Below are positions 27,462 through 40,575 of a stretch of 64,000 bases of DNA, piece by piece (position 1 is the first letter of the stretch; every line of letters begins with the position of its first letter). The stretch is from Eledone cirrhosa. Taxonomy: Eukaryota. The notes under the pieces were generated by a model. It saw only the letters and a list, made by a program, of their open reading frames with translations, was not told the origin of the DNA and did no database searches. The position numbers and the translations under genes are program-made. The stretch is taken from NCBI GenBank assembly GCA_964016885.1, contig OZ024747.1, positions 38,006,001 through 38,070,000 on the forward strand, written 5' to 3'.

Positions 27462-27957
27462 CACACATATATACCTTATGTATATAAGGGAAAGAGAGAG
27501 GAAATCATTAAGAATTTACTGCATATATTCCCCTATTTTTGCCGTCGTCTGCTAGTATCCTTTCCTTTACGACTCCTTATTCTATGCTATTTACACTCGT
27601 TAACACACATGCATGGACACTATTCCTCCATACATACAGAAAGAGAGGGAGGGTGAGAGAAAGAGACATGGGGCTAGAGAGACTAAGACAGTATACGTGA
27701 GTGGGTGAAACAGAAATAACTTCATTTGCTTCTCCATATGTATTTGTCTATCTATCTTTCTATCTCATTTTATTTTGCTTCCCTTTATTCGCTCTCTCTT
27801 ATCCCCCTTTCCCTGTCAGAATATACATTAATATAGACGGCTATATGGTGTAGCTGTATCTGTCCTTTAGTAACCATTAAACAATCTCCCCCCCCCCCCC
27901 TCACTATTTCTCTGCTTCTCTTCCTTCTTATTCTCTCTCTCCCTCTCTCACTCTCTC

Positions 27958-28025
<68 letters not shown>

Positions 28026-29178
28026 CGAGTGCGTGTGTGTGTGTATGTGTGTTTATGTGGGTGTCTGTGTGTGTGTATGTATGTGTGTGTATGTGGATAT
28101 ATGTGTGTGTGTCTGTGAATTTGTGCGGTTTATTCTTTTTCTTCATCACTCTCTAATATATATATTGTAGATATATAATATATACATATATATTTATGTA
28201 TACACATGAACATTTTTCCATCGAATTCCACTTGCATGCACACTGATACAGACACATGAACACGAGCACGCATGCATATATTCACATACACATATGTATG
28301 TACATGTATACATACAATATTCTAGCTGCTTCAATCAATGCTCTTTAAAATGGTGTATCGTAATGGATGCTTATTTTGCTAGTTATAATATTAGATTGTT
28401 ATAACGGCAGGAAAAAGATTCAGATAGCGCATACTTCATTTGAGTGGTTTCCAGACTGAATGGAGACCCAACGAAAGCTGACGGAACTAAACAATTCTGG
28501 AAAATCAAGCAACTAGAATCGATAAGGGCTAAGAATATCTCATATAGTGAAGCAGCGTTGGGTTTGATAGTGGCATGCTGGTTCTGTTGGTTCTGTTGGT
28601 TATGCTGCATTAAACACGTTCCTTTAGCTTGCCCACAAGGAGTTGTGTGAGTAGCGACAGGTGAGGGAGAAGGGATAGAAGGTGAAGAATTGGAAAAGTG
28701 AATGATGCAAGATGAAAAGGAGAATCACAAGAGATTTTAGTTGAAGTAGAAAAGATAACGATGGAAGAGAAAAGAGTGGACGTGAATAGGAACATAAATA
28801 GGATGCAAGAGTAGAGGTGGAAGTAGGGAAACCATTAGGATTTGAAGAAAAACATATCAAGGATAAGCGGACAAGAGTTATAAGATAGAGGAGAGAATAA
28901 TAAATGAATGGTAATGGAGATATTTGATGAAATGTTACTGAGGAAACGTATAAATATTAATTCAACTTCATCAATACCAGCGGCAATGTGGTAATTAACA
29001 AACATAATAATGGTGGTAATTAACAAACATAATAAGCATCATTTTCAAGTTACTAACTAAAACACAGTTAAAGTTGATACAACATAAGATTTACTGCCAA
29101 TTCTACACACTACTAAACACATCAAAGTATATATTACACATGTATACACACACACACATGTATTTATGTACGTATGTA

Positions 29179-29294
<116 letters not shown>

Positions 29295-29334
29295 ATATTA
29301 ATAAATGGAAACTATATTTATAAAACCATATTTA

Positions 29335-29396
29335 TTTTATTTTATATATTTCAAGGGCAACCAAGGCAAATTATGGTGCGCTTTCATCAGATAAAA
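29335..29396 (-). ncRNA. Candidate type I HHR, family E copy 2
   Basis: TTTTAT-CTGATGA-AAGCGCACCA...TGGTTGCCCTT-GAAA-TATATA-AAATAAAA; stem II variant GCACC/GGT(T)GC vs GTACC/GGTAC in copy 1. Confidence 0.6.
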
Positions 29397-29846
29397 TACA
29401 GATTTGTTTTATAAGTAAATATTGACATAGCCGGAAAAAAGACAACGTAAACGGTTGGAGCTTCCTGGATAGCTTCCTCTATCCAGGAAGCTCCAACCGT
29501 TAAGGTTGTCTTTTTTTCCGGGTATGTCAAAATATATGGTTTTATAAATATAGTTTCCATTTATTAATATATTGTATATTTACACCACTAAACGGTTGAG
29601 TGCTTTATATCAATTATAAAAATGTTTAAGCTTGTTGAATCCCAACAAATTAAATATAACCTCTGCATATATATATATATATATATAGGAACGAGTAGGA
29701 CCCCGACGGCGTCCAGAATTAGCCGTCGAAACGGCTTGAGCTCAGCCGTCAGGGTCCTACTCGTTCCTATTACCCAATCTACTACCCTAAGTATTGAGTA
29801 CTTTGGTGCGTTATGGTCCATCTGGTTCCTTACCACATTTCCTTCG

Positions 29847-29880
<34 letters not shown>

Positions 29881-29886
<6 letters not shown>

Positions 29887-30055
29887 TTAAAATATCTGAC
29901 GCCATAATCAGTTGATTCAGGTTTATTTAAAACTACGATATACATATTTCAATTAAGACTATCATAATTGATAGTCCTCAGTCAAATATGTATAACGGAG
30001 TTTTAAATAAACCTGAATCAACTGATTATGGCGTCAGATAGTTTAGTACTATATA
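29881..30055. repeat. Imperfect ~85-bp fold-back next to (TA)n
   Basis: TATCTGACGCCATAATCAGTTGATTCAGGTTTATTTAAAACT and its reverse complement, centred on CTATCA-TAAT-TGATAG. Confidence 0.8.
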
Positions 30056-30196
30056 ATGCTCCACCATGTAGCATTTATACAGGTTGTTGGGCGTTTCTTT
30101 TTATCAGTTTCACAGCCGACTGACCGTAATGTGGCCCGCACATAACTGGTCGGTTAAACCAATATTCTAATACACACGCACATACACACATACTCA

Positions 30197-30299
<103 letters not shown>

Positions 30300-30303
30300 A
30301 CAA

Positions 30304-30345
<42 letters not shown>

Positions 30346-30346
30346 T

Positions 30347-31082
30347 CTAGGGCGGGTAAAATTCCCGAGGTCCATGGGCGAGTTCCCTCCAGCGGTCTCT
30401 GTCCCTCATTATCGCTGCCATGTCCTGCGTCTCCAACAGACCAGTGTCTGTCCTTAGGGCATCAACATACGTTAACCTTGGTTTTCCTCCTCCAGTGTGA
30501 CCATGTAGGGGCTCCCACAGGAGCACTGAGTGCAATGTCAACTCTGGATGTCGGTCAGCATGTCCAGCTAACCTCAGTCTCCTCTGTGTCACTTTTGAGC
30601 TGACTTTTGGGAGGCTCCCATACAGCTCTGAGTTTTTCATCCTCAGTGTATACTGATTAATGTTCACAGCCATCCTCAGCATTCTCGTGTAGCACCCATC
30701 CACCATCTGAGTGAGTTTCTTGGTCAGTGTCCAAGCCTCAGACCCGTACAGCAGCACAGACTCCACTACAGCAATGAAGAGGCGGATTTTCAGGTTTTAC
30801 GAAGGTCCGACTTCCACACCGATCTCAAGCTGTGGCACGCCACCCAGGCTTTGCCCTTCCTCTCAACCACACCATCTTCCGTACTCCCAATCTTTGCTCC
30901 CAAATACATGAAGTCCTCAACCTATTCTAGCGGCTTCCCGCCTACACTAGTGATCCCATCTGGCTTCTCTACATTCTCTACCAGATATTTTCATTCATTC
31001 TCAGCCCTACACTCATCGACACAGTCTTAACCTCCTGCATCAAATCCTCTGCCCCCTTCACTGTATTTGACACCAAAACTAT
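30347..31082 (-). mobile_element. RTE-type LINE 3' fragment
   Basis: ESVLLYGSEAWTLTK..DGCYTRMLRMA..RRLRLAGH..LLWEP; upstream DFMYLG motif; 3' end in TA repeat. Confidence 0.8.
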
Positions 31083-31211
31083 GTATGTATATATATATAT
31101 GTATGTATATATATATATATATGTATATATATGTATGTATATATACATATATTATATATAGAAAGCATTTCTACAAAACTAGAACTGTTTTAATCGTATG
31201 AAATCCTCAGT

Positions 31212-31276
31212 CAAGAGGATCGAACTCACAACCTCATGATTGGGAGCCCAATGTTCTAACCACTAAACCATACGAC

Positions 31277-31279
<3 letters not shown>
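31212..31279 (-). mobile_element. tRNA-like SINE head fragment
   Basis: Minus strand TGGTTTAGTGGTTAGA...GGTTGTGAGTTCGATCC; resembles the 45114 SINE head. Confidence 0.55.
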
Positions 31280-31360
<81 letters not shown>

Positions 31361-31533
31361 CTTATACAGGAAAAGAGTCAGGACCCCGAACTCGGATCTA
31401 GCTGTCGAAGTGGCCGGAGCTCAGCCGTTGGGGTCCTGACTCCTTTCCTATAACCCACTCTACTACCCTAAGTATTGAGTACTCTGGTGCGTTATGGCCC
31501 ACCTGGTATCTTACCACACCTTCTTTGTTACAT

Positions 31534-31587
<54 letters not shown>

Positions 31588-31814
31588 AAACAATTAAGTT
31601 AAAAATGTACATCTACATATGCATACTGAAATACTAGTGTGTATATGAATACACACACGTATACATATGTAGGTGTACCAAGTCTTTCACTGGTCGCTTT
31701 ACAGTGAGCGGCCCAGCTATTCTGTATGTAAACACACAGACAAACCGGTTTTTAGAGTCATACTGGTTTTTCGGGGGAACACCTTCCCCCTATTCTACAG
31801 AAAGCCAGACAAGG

Positions 31815-31859
31815 AATATTGAACTAGTTTCGTTGTTGTTACAACTCATCAGCAATATT
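31815..31859 (-). ncRNA. Type I hammerhead ribozyme, family F
   Basis: AATATTG-CTGATGA-GTTG TAACAA CAAC-GAAA-CTAG-TT-CAATATT. Confidence 0.8.
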
Positions 31860-32410
31860 TACCTATCTACCGGCCTTTCTGGAGAATTGTAAAAGCACAT
31901 ATCGTTATATGCTTTTTCTATGAAAATTAGTAGTGGGCAGACTAATTTGCATAGAGTGTGAGTACGCACCGGTTCAGCGGAGACGATAAAAACAAATAAC
32001 GAAACGAAATTAAATTTCGTTTCGTTTGTAACTCACTAGTATGACTCTAAAAACCGGTTTGTCTGTGTGTTTACATACAGAATAGCTGGGCCGCTCACTG
32101 TAAAGCGACCAGTGAAAGACTTGGTACACCTACATATGTATACGTGTGTGTATTCATATACACACTAGTATTTCAGTATGCGTATGTAGATGTACATTTT
32201 TAACTTAATTGTTTAAGCGTCAGTCATACAAAAGTGAGTTACAAACGAAACGAAATTTAATTTCGTTTCGTTATTTGTTTTTATCGTCTCCGCTGAACCG
32301 GTGCGTACTCACACTCTATGCAAATTAGTCTGCCCACTACTAATTTTCATAGAAAAAGCGTATAACGATATGTGCTTTTACAATTCTCCAGAAAGGCCGG
32401 TAGATAGGTA

Positions 32411-32455
32411 AATATTGCTGATGAGTTGTAACAACAACGAAACTAGTTCAATATT
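32411..32455 (+). ncRNA. Type I hammerhead ribozyme, family F
   Basis: 7-bp stem I, perfect core CTGATGA/GAAA, 4-bp stem II, palindromic CTAG stem III, GUU triplet. Confidence 0.8.
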
Positions 32456-32878
32456 CCTTGTCTGGCTTTCTGTAGAATAGGGGGAAGGTGTTCCCCCGAA
32501 AAACCAGTATGACTCTAAAAACCGGTTTGTCTGTGTGTTTACATACAGAATAGCTGGGCCGCTCACTGTAAAGCGACCAGTGAAAGACTTGGTACACCTA
32601 CATATGTATACGTGTGTGTATTCATATACACACTAGTATTTCAGTATGCATATGTAGATGTACATTTTTAACTTAATTGTTTAAGCGTCAGTCATACAAA
32701 AGTGAGTTACAAACGAAACGAAATTTAATTTCGTTTCGTTATTTGTTTTTATCGTCTCCGCTGAACCGGTGCGTACTCACACTCTATGCAAATTAGTCTG
32801 CCCACTACTAATTTTCATAGAAAAAGCATATAACGATATGTGCTTTTACAATTCTCCAGAAAGGCCGGTAGATAGGTA

Positions 32879-32923
32879 AATATTGCTGATGAGTTGTAAC
32901 AACAACGAAACTAGTTCAATATT
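32879..32923 (+). ncRNA. Type I hammerhead ribozyme, family F
   Basis: Identical to 32411-32455, 468 bp downstream. Confidence 0.8.
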
Positions 32924-33213
32924 CCTTGTCTGGCTTTCTGTAGAATAGGGGGAAGGTGTTCCCCCGAAAAACCAGTATGACTCTAAAAACCGGTTTGTCT
33001 GTGTGTTTACATACAGAATAGCTGGGCCGCTCACTGTAAAGCGACCAGTGAAAGACTTGGTACACCTACATATGTATACGTGTGTGTATTCATATACACA
33101 CTAGTATTTCAGTATGCATATGTAGATGTACATTTTTAACTTAATTGTTTAAGCGTCAGTCATACAAAAGTGAGTTACAAACGAAACGAAATTTAATTTC
33201 GTTTCGTTATTTG

Positions 33214-33261
<48 letters not shown>

Positions 33262-36116
33262 TGTGTACATATACACACAAACACACACACACACTCTCAC
33301 GCATACACACTCTCTGACGCACACACACTGACATACACACACACAGACAGACACATATATATATTGCATTTTTGAAGATATATAAATTATCCAGACAAAA
33401 AAATATTTTTGCTTCATCCTGTAGAAGATAATGGCATATTGCCGTAACATGTTTTATAGCTTCTTTAAACTTACAAATTTCATACAATATTTCTCACACA
33501 GCCATTATGAATACTATCGGTGTTTTTAATTACTAGAAGAAATTTTGCAAGACAATGTTTATAGCCGTCTGGGTTGCTTCAGTCTATCGCTCTAGTTATA
33601 TTATCGACCTCGGCTGGTATTGAAATCTTTAAGATTCATTATTCACACGAGATGCCAATAACAATTTATCTGTAATATTGTTGTTGGTGGTTGTGGAAAG
33701 TTTCATTGCTGGCTGTATTTTACTTGATATTTCAGCCGTATATCCACAACACAAGGAACACCAAAAATAACGACTGTTGAGGTCGGGCGAGGTCGGTCGA
33801 GTCCATTTTATCCACCTTCGCAAAAAGCACCGATGAATACTACACGCATACTTTTAGATTGTCACTCAGCCTGCTAAAACTAAGTGGTGAATCGTCCTCA
33901 GGTTAGACCCCACTAATTACAATATGGGACAGGTTGGATAATAAATTAAGAATGCACATAAAACAAATGACAAGCTGGTCACAGTTTTAAGGCATTTGAA
34001 CATATCTCCTGATTAGAGTTAACCTGGGTCTAAACAATGATAATAATTGCTTGTAGAAATAAACTGGAGAATGGAGGGAGTACATGTTCAGGCTGTCATA
34101 TCGAAACCCCCAGGATTAACTTCTGCATGTCAGAGAGTGTAGTATGTTTCTTAACTAGGCTGTGGCAAGAAAAATAAGTTTGTCTATCACACCTATAGGT
34201 TCAGCTAATTGTTTGGCCTTGGAACACAAAAAGATTTGATTTAACCGTCTCAAACGTAAGAGTACTGGTTTTCCCATGTATGTCATGGTAATGCAGCACC
34301 TCGTTGGTGTTTATAAACTTGTATGCACCGAATTTGCTTCCTGAAAACGTTTTATAAGGTAACTTGGTATCATAGCCTGTTGTACTTATGATGGCGATGA
34401 TGATGATGACTATCATGATAAAACAAGCACAAGGCAAAGTAGATTTCTTAGGCGGGAAACGTCGTTTAGGTCGACTCAACTACTTGATTGGTACTTCATT
34501 GTAATCCCCTTCGAAAGAGGAAAGGCAAAATTGATTCCGGCAGAGTTTGAATTCAATGGCAGGAATAATAATAATGACACAGTTATTGGTAGAATTTTTT
34601 CGTGTAGCCCTGAGACAATATTGATAAAGCAGATCTTTGATCAAAGACATTCTAACCATGACAATTTTGACATTGTGTTTCTAGGACTGTGTTATGCATT
34701 GTCGATTTCCTATTTTTAAGATAGTTTGGTGTGATCTGAAGGAAATTTAGCTGCTATGTTTGTATATCGTAAGACCACGTAGAAGATCCGCCGTTGTCTT
34801 GAAAATGATGATGATGGTAACGGAGTTAATCTATTTGCATGTCAGGGGCAAGTGTTTTAATCACTGATAAAAGGTATCGGTCATGTGTGACAAATATCTG
34901 AATTTTCTGCTGACAGATTTAAATGTAATATATATGTAATATTTATGTGATATATATGTGTAATAATTATGTAATATTTAGTTAACTATGCATGCCATAA
35001 AATTGGCCTGAATTCTTTAAATGCTTTTAATGCTTTAGGGAGGTGAGAAATACAAGTGGTTGATATAATAATGTTGTTTCGAATATATTCATTGTTTATT
35101 CACAAAAACAATTGTTTATTCCATCAATCCCTGATTATATCATCATTTTTTCCTCGTTTCCCATTTCACCTTCCCACTCTGGATATTGGGTTGTCAACAC
35201 TGTTCCATGAGTTATCTTTCTATCTCTCGTTAACCCCTAGCTTCCAACGTGTATTAAAAAACTGTTTACCAGACAAAGGGTCCTAACGTATATATTCTAA
35301 GTACTATTTCAAACATTAAAAAAATTGCTTCCCAGGGTCACACTCAAAGTGTTAGTATTCTATTCTTATAACACCCACATTTTTAGCAACATCTGATTTT
35401 GTTTTGCTTTTCCTCATACAAGTGCAATTCAATTGCGTTCGAACGCGATAGCTGAACATTTGATAATTTAGCCCTTTAACATTGAACTATTATATCCTTT
35501 CTTTCTTTCTCTAATTCTGAAGAGTCGATATATACTAATCAGATATGTATACGGTATTATAGATATAAATCTATAGCAATTATAGTCTATCATGCTAAAT
35601 GTCTCCACAAACCTATTCATCTGTAGAATAATTATATCTTGTAATGAAAATATATAAAGCGTATTGCAGAATTATCTTTCAAGCTTATTAGGCAAATATA
35701 TATAACATGTATGCGCATCTGCCACTCGTTACCACTCTTTGTTTTTACTTCAACGTATATGTTGTATAAATGATCATAATATCTGTTTCTTTTCATCTAT
35801 TCATTCATCAGATTATAAACTCTACATATATGCATTATTATATTATAATATAAAATTAACCACTCACACGTGACAGATAGACTACTCTGGGTGTTTTCAA
35901 AATATTTAAATTCTACATTGAAGTAGCCATTGTTTTAACACCAATAGAGACTGTCTGCATTTTGAATCAATATAAATATATGCGAAATCAATTATAAAAC
36001 AGACACTATTACAACGAAAATATAGATACTATTAGAACGATAAATTATATAACTAAAAAACTAAAATGAGTCGATGTATCTACCACATAAAATTTAATGA
36101 TAAACAGATATACATA

Positions 36117-36148
<32 letters not shown>

Positions 36149-36167
36149 TACCCATACACACACACAT

Positions 36168-36278
<111 letters not shown>

Positions 36279-36399
36279 TTCACGGTCATCCTAACGTTCA
36301 TGACTATGATAACACTAGTCGATCGCTATAAATTGAGGAAATCTGGTAAAGTACTGCCGAAGAAAGAATCCTTCATGTCACCCTATCTCTTCCCCTTCT

Positions 36400-36450
<51 letters not shown>

Positions 36451-36454
36451 CATA

Positions 36455-37084
36455 TGTATACATGTACATATGTATACGTGTGTGTATTTATATGCATACT
36501 AGTATTTCAGTATACATATGTGGATGTACACTTTTAACTTAATTGTTTAAGCGTCAGTCATACAAAAGTGAGTTACAAACGAAACGAAATCTAATTTCGT
36601 TTCGTTATTTGTTTTTATCGTTTCCGCTGAACCGGTGCGTACTCACGCTCTATGCAAATTAGTCTGCCCACTACTAATTTTCATAGAAAAAGCATATAAC
36701 GATATGTGCTTTTACGATTCTCCAGAGAAGCCGGAAGATGGGTTATTTATTGCTGATGAGATGTAATAACATCGAAACTAGTCCAATATTCCTGTCTGGC
36801 TTTCTGGAGAATAGAGGAAAGGTGTTTCCTTGAAAACCCGTATGACTCTAAAAACCGGTTTGTCTGTTTGGTTACATACAGACTAGCTAGACACTCACAG
36901 TAAAGTGTCCAGTGAAAAACTCGGTACATGTACATATGTATACGTGTGTGTATTTATATGCATACTAGTATTTCAGTATACATATGTGGATGTACACTTT
37001 TAACTTAATTGTTTAAGCGTCAGTCATACAAAAGTGAGTTACAAACGAAACGAAATCTAATTTCGTTTCGTTATTTGTTTTTAT
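36455..37084 (+). mobile_element. Diverged family F copy, ~1.35 units of 466 bp
   Basis: Homologous to the 468-bp unit; same 3' end CGTTATTTGTTTTTAT followed by (AT)n. Confidence 0.9.
36748..36788 (+). ncRNA. Type I hammerhead ribozyme, family F variant
   Basis: TATTG-CTGATGA-GATG TAATAA CATC-GAAA-CTAG-TC-CAATA; compensatory stem II change vs GTTG/CAAC; canonical GUC triplet. Confidence 0.85.
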
Positions 37085-37162
37085 ATATATATATATATAT
37101 ATAAAATAAAATAAAATAAATAAGTCAAATATTTAAAATTTGGCTTCATTTATTAAAGGTGT

Positions 37163-37217
37163 ACTGCTATATATATTTCGGTGACAGCCATCTTTGGCTG
37201 TGACCTCTTCAGGCAGT
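37163..37217 (-). ncRNA. Type I hammerhead ribozyme in short element ~37100-37325 (family G)
   Basis: ACTGC-CTGAAGA-GGTCACAGCCA AAGA TGGCTGTCACC-GAAA-TATATA-TA-GCAGT, followed by AATAAA and a T-rich tail into (TA)n. Confidence 0.8.
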
Positions 37218-37499
37218 CCGAATTGGTGTGGTAGAGACGGGTACACATATTGTTGAGGTGTTTAACTCCGTCAATACTCCGATATGCCCATTTCCTGGTT
37301 GTTATTTCTCTGAGGAACTGGAATCATATATATATATAAACAAAGTTGCTTGTCAGGCAAAATTCTTTCCTTGCTGCATTGTACTTCTTTCCCAAAATAT
37401 CAAATAATTGGCATTGTTGGAATTAATAAAGAGGAGATAAATGTGTGTCTGTGAAACATAGACACCAGGCTTGAACACAAAGGAACCGAATTCCCACTC

Positions 37500-37900
37500 A
37501 CATTGTTTCAAACTGAGTCACTTCGGACACAAACCCTGGTACTGCGGCCCGCAATGCAGAGGAAAGGAAAACGATGTCAATAATTGTCCGGCCGCTTCCT
37601 TTTCTCACCGGTCGTCAAGGAGACCTAAGGCGTATTCGGGTCTTACACTGCCGAGCTTCTCCGCAAAACTGGAACGTCAGCAGATCTTCTGGGGGAGGAG
37701 TCCATGAGGTGGTGTGGTTGTTGCGGGTATCGCTGGCCATTTCCATGGTCTTGGCCGCGGCCCCAACGTCTAGGGCTTCTTAGAGATTCTTCTCATTCTT
37801 CTGTGGCCCTAGAGTCTTTGTGTTTCCCTTCCGTATCCGTTTTTAAATATTTATTGTGTATTTGAAATATTTATTGTGTATTGTGATCTCGTGATTATGC
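37500..37900 (+). mobile_element. Degenerate CRE-like non-LTR 3' fragment (REL endonuclease end)
   Basis: Across frames: PGTAARNAEERK, PVVKET*GVFG, EVVWLLRVSLAI; parallels the 39140 fragment. Confidence 0.5.
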
Positions 37901-38205
37901 ATCGAGGTTTGTGATACTTTCGAGTTTGGACAGTAGCAATGCATGTCTGCTGTATTCAATAGTCAGTGGCAGTTACTATCTTTCTCGTGGCAATCTCCAG
38001 AGATCAAAAGTACAGCAATTTTCATCATGAATGTGTGTTTATGTGTATGTAGTTAGTTGTCATGTTTCCTAAACCGTCCAAATAACATTAATAATAACAA
38101 CAAAAATCATAATAATCATTATTATTACTTGCGTTGTTATTATGATGGCGACGTTAATGGTAATAATAGCGATTATTATTACTTTTGAATATATATATAT
38201 ATATA

Positions 38206-38325
38206 CTAGCAGAAAAACCGCTCTTCAGGCGGTTTTCTGCTAGCATATGTAGTGTGCATATTGGTATTATACGCAAATATATATGCATATACATATATGT
38301 AAATTGAAAAGTGAATTGACAATAT
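38206..38325 (-). mobile_element. Helitron 3' end, same family as 1833 and 39993
   Basis: CTAGCAGAAAAACCGC...GCGG followed by GTGTGCATATTG.TAT.ATACGCAA, shared with the other two ends. Confidence 0.75.
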
Positions 38326-38975
38326 CTTCTTCTTCACCCACTTATTTATGAGAGGGTCGTGGGAGCAGAGTCCTTATCAAACACTCCTTCCTGCGACTCT
38401 GTCAGTAGCAAACATCTCTAACTGATCCAACTGGATCCCAAAGCGTGACCAGCCAAGTTCATGCTCAGGGTCTCTTGCCAGTTGGTTTTGCCTGTAAAAT
38501 ATGTCCAGAGATTCTTTACTGAGACATTCTAACCACATGCTCATAATATCGGAGTTGTGATCTCTCAATTCGGAGAAGTAGCAGCTGTACCAGGAGTGAC
38601 TCTCTGGTCTCTGAGTTATGCACTTTATCGAGTAACGTTACTCCAAAGACCCTTCGGAGGAATCCCATTTCTGCCACTTTTATTTGCAATTGTATTATTT
38701 TGGTCATTACTCAAGATTCATGATCCTCGGTAAGAGTTGGCAGGAATACCAGGAAGACAGCGAGTTCGGCTTTTACACCTACCCTCCTTATTCTGATTTC
38801 TGATTGCTGAGGCTGGCACATTACTGCATCAGCTTTTGCAATTCTTGCACTTAATTCAGCCTCCTGCATTCCATCACTCGTGTACACGGCTCCAATATAC
38901 TTGAACCGCTCTAACTGCTTCAGTAGAACTCCATTCACATGCATATAAATTTGAGGGACTTCTGTCCACCCGTCC
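38326..38975 (-). mobile_element. RTE (BovB-like) LINE 3' fragment
   Basis: LKQLERFKYIG, AELSARIAKA, VAEMGFLRRV.GVTLLD, RIERSQLRY; (GAA)n tail at 38326. Confidence 0.75.
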
Positions 38976-39139
38976 GTCACACAATGTGTGTGTGTGTGTT
39001 TGTGTGAATGTATGTGTGTCTAAAACGAAGGAAAGGGATACACACATATATATGTCTAACTTAAAAACAGTGACACACACATATCTCTAATTTAAGAACA
39101 CCGACAAACTCACGCGCGTGCACATACACACACTGTCCT

Positions 39140-39760
39140 ATTACCACTTAAGAGCTTTGGCCCGGGCAAATATCCCCTGAATTTTGGAACCATCTTGGTT
39201 GTCCTGAATTGATGGGAAAAGACTTGACGGTCTTACTTTGTGCTCCTGGTCAAGAGGCAGGTGCCTTACCTGGGACGTCACAGTTAGTGACTATTTTGCT
39301 TCTTCCACATTCTGGATGCAGCGGTAAGGGCGAGAGGTACAGCATCCGCAGCTTAACGAAACAAAGTCCTAAAATACCGTGTTCTGTCAGCTAACTACAT
39401 TATCCAACATGTGGCGTTCGAGACGTTTGGGCGAGTCGGGCTACTGACAGCGAGGTTCTTATCTTCACTGGCGGCTCGCCAAACAGAAGTAACTGGTGAT
39501 GCTCGTGAGGTCACTTGGTTGTTCCAGCACCTCAGCGTCGCCATCATCCCAGGTAACGCTGTGAGCGTGCTGGCCTGCCTCACAAATTATTAGAGAGGTT
39601 TCCCAGTGCTCCTCGCTATATTGCTATCTTTTGCTTTGATAGCAACTATTTTTTCTACTCTTTCGTCTGCACTTTGTTCTATCTAGTCTAAGATATGTGT
39701 ATTACGTACTTGCGTATTTTTTCTCCTTCTTTTTTCCTTTCCTTTCCCTTTCCTTTGTAT
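39140..39760 (+). mobile_element. CRE-like non-LTR retrotransposon 3' fragment (restriction-like endonuclease)
   Basis: RALARANIP*ILEP, GKRLDGLTLCSWSRGRCLTWDVTV, FETFG, WLFQHLSVAIIPGNAVSVL. Confidence 0.75.
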
Positions 39761-39771
39761 ATAGTATATTG

Positions 39772-39950
39772 AATTGGCAGTATCGGTAGACGGTCGGACG
39801 CCATGCTTTCCAGCATAGTTACGTCGCTTTACGCTCTGAGTTCAAATCCCGTCGAGGTTAACTTTGCCTTTCATCCTTACGGGGTCGATAAAATAAAGTA
39901 CCAGTAATACACTGGATTGATTCCTGGCCTTGTGCCAAAAGTAGAAACAA
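39772..39950 (+). mobile_element. tRNA-derived SINE (same family as 842-1027)
   Basis: TGGCAGTATCGG A-box, GAGTTCAAATC B-box, shared central domain. Confidence 0.88.
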
Positions 39951-40575
39951 TCATATTTGTTAGTGTTTTCGTTCTGTAACCATTATATTAAACTAGCAGA
40001 AAAACCACCCTTCGGGTGGCTTTCTGCTGGTATGTGTGGTGTGCATATTGATATTATACACAAATATATATGCATGTAAATAAAATCGTAATTGACAATA
40101 AACACAGAAATTGAACGAAGACTGTGTTACACTGTCTTCTGTAATCAGTAACGTAATTCATGATACATTTACAAAAAGACGATATTATATATAAACTGCA
40201 TTAGGAGAAAATTAGCGACGGAAATATATGCGATTATAAGTATTATAATATAACGGCCTCAAACAGGAAGTCTTGACATTTGACAAGTTTAAAGAAGTGA
40301 ATCTTTAAATAAGCTATAAAATATCAACAGCCACGAAATTTAGTAGATAAATTATGTAATCTTCATTCATTATTTATTCAAAGTAATCCAACTTATTTTA
40401 CAAACGGGGTAAACATATATATTCTGGATGGATGCAGTCCCGCACTCCTTTCTTTATTATAGTTAAGATGAGTTTAAAAAAAGAGTTAATAAATAAATAA
40501 AGAGTTAATATATAAATAAAACGTTATACTTGTATTACCCTCCCATTTCCACTTCACTGAACGCTTTCATGACTG

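Larger units (their letters stand above)
31588..33220. mobile_element. Retrozyme-like 468-bp HHR tandem array (family F): 0.96 unit inverted + 2.5 units direct, inserted in (TA)n
   Basis: Period 468 (AGTATGACTCT at 32038, 32506, 32974); inverted arm 31588-32037; units differ at only a couple of positions; no meaningful ORF. Confidence 0.9.

Noticed and set aside
28444-28650. 68-aa ORF ending ...ESIRAKNISYSEAA
   Set aside because: Faint resemblance to the end of a LINE ORF1 zinc-knuckle region but cysteines are absent; too weak to call as gene or element.
31704-33034. Three identical 62-aa ORFs (MSGPAILYV...)
   Set aside because: Antisense to the HHR strand, GTG start, and frame not conserved in the diverged 36.7 kb copy; a by-product of the repeat.
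35517-35560. CTGAAGA motif as another hammerhead
   Set aside because: No downstream GAAA, stem III or stem I partner.
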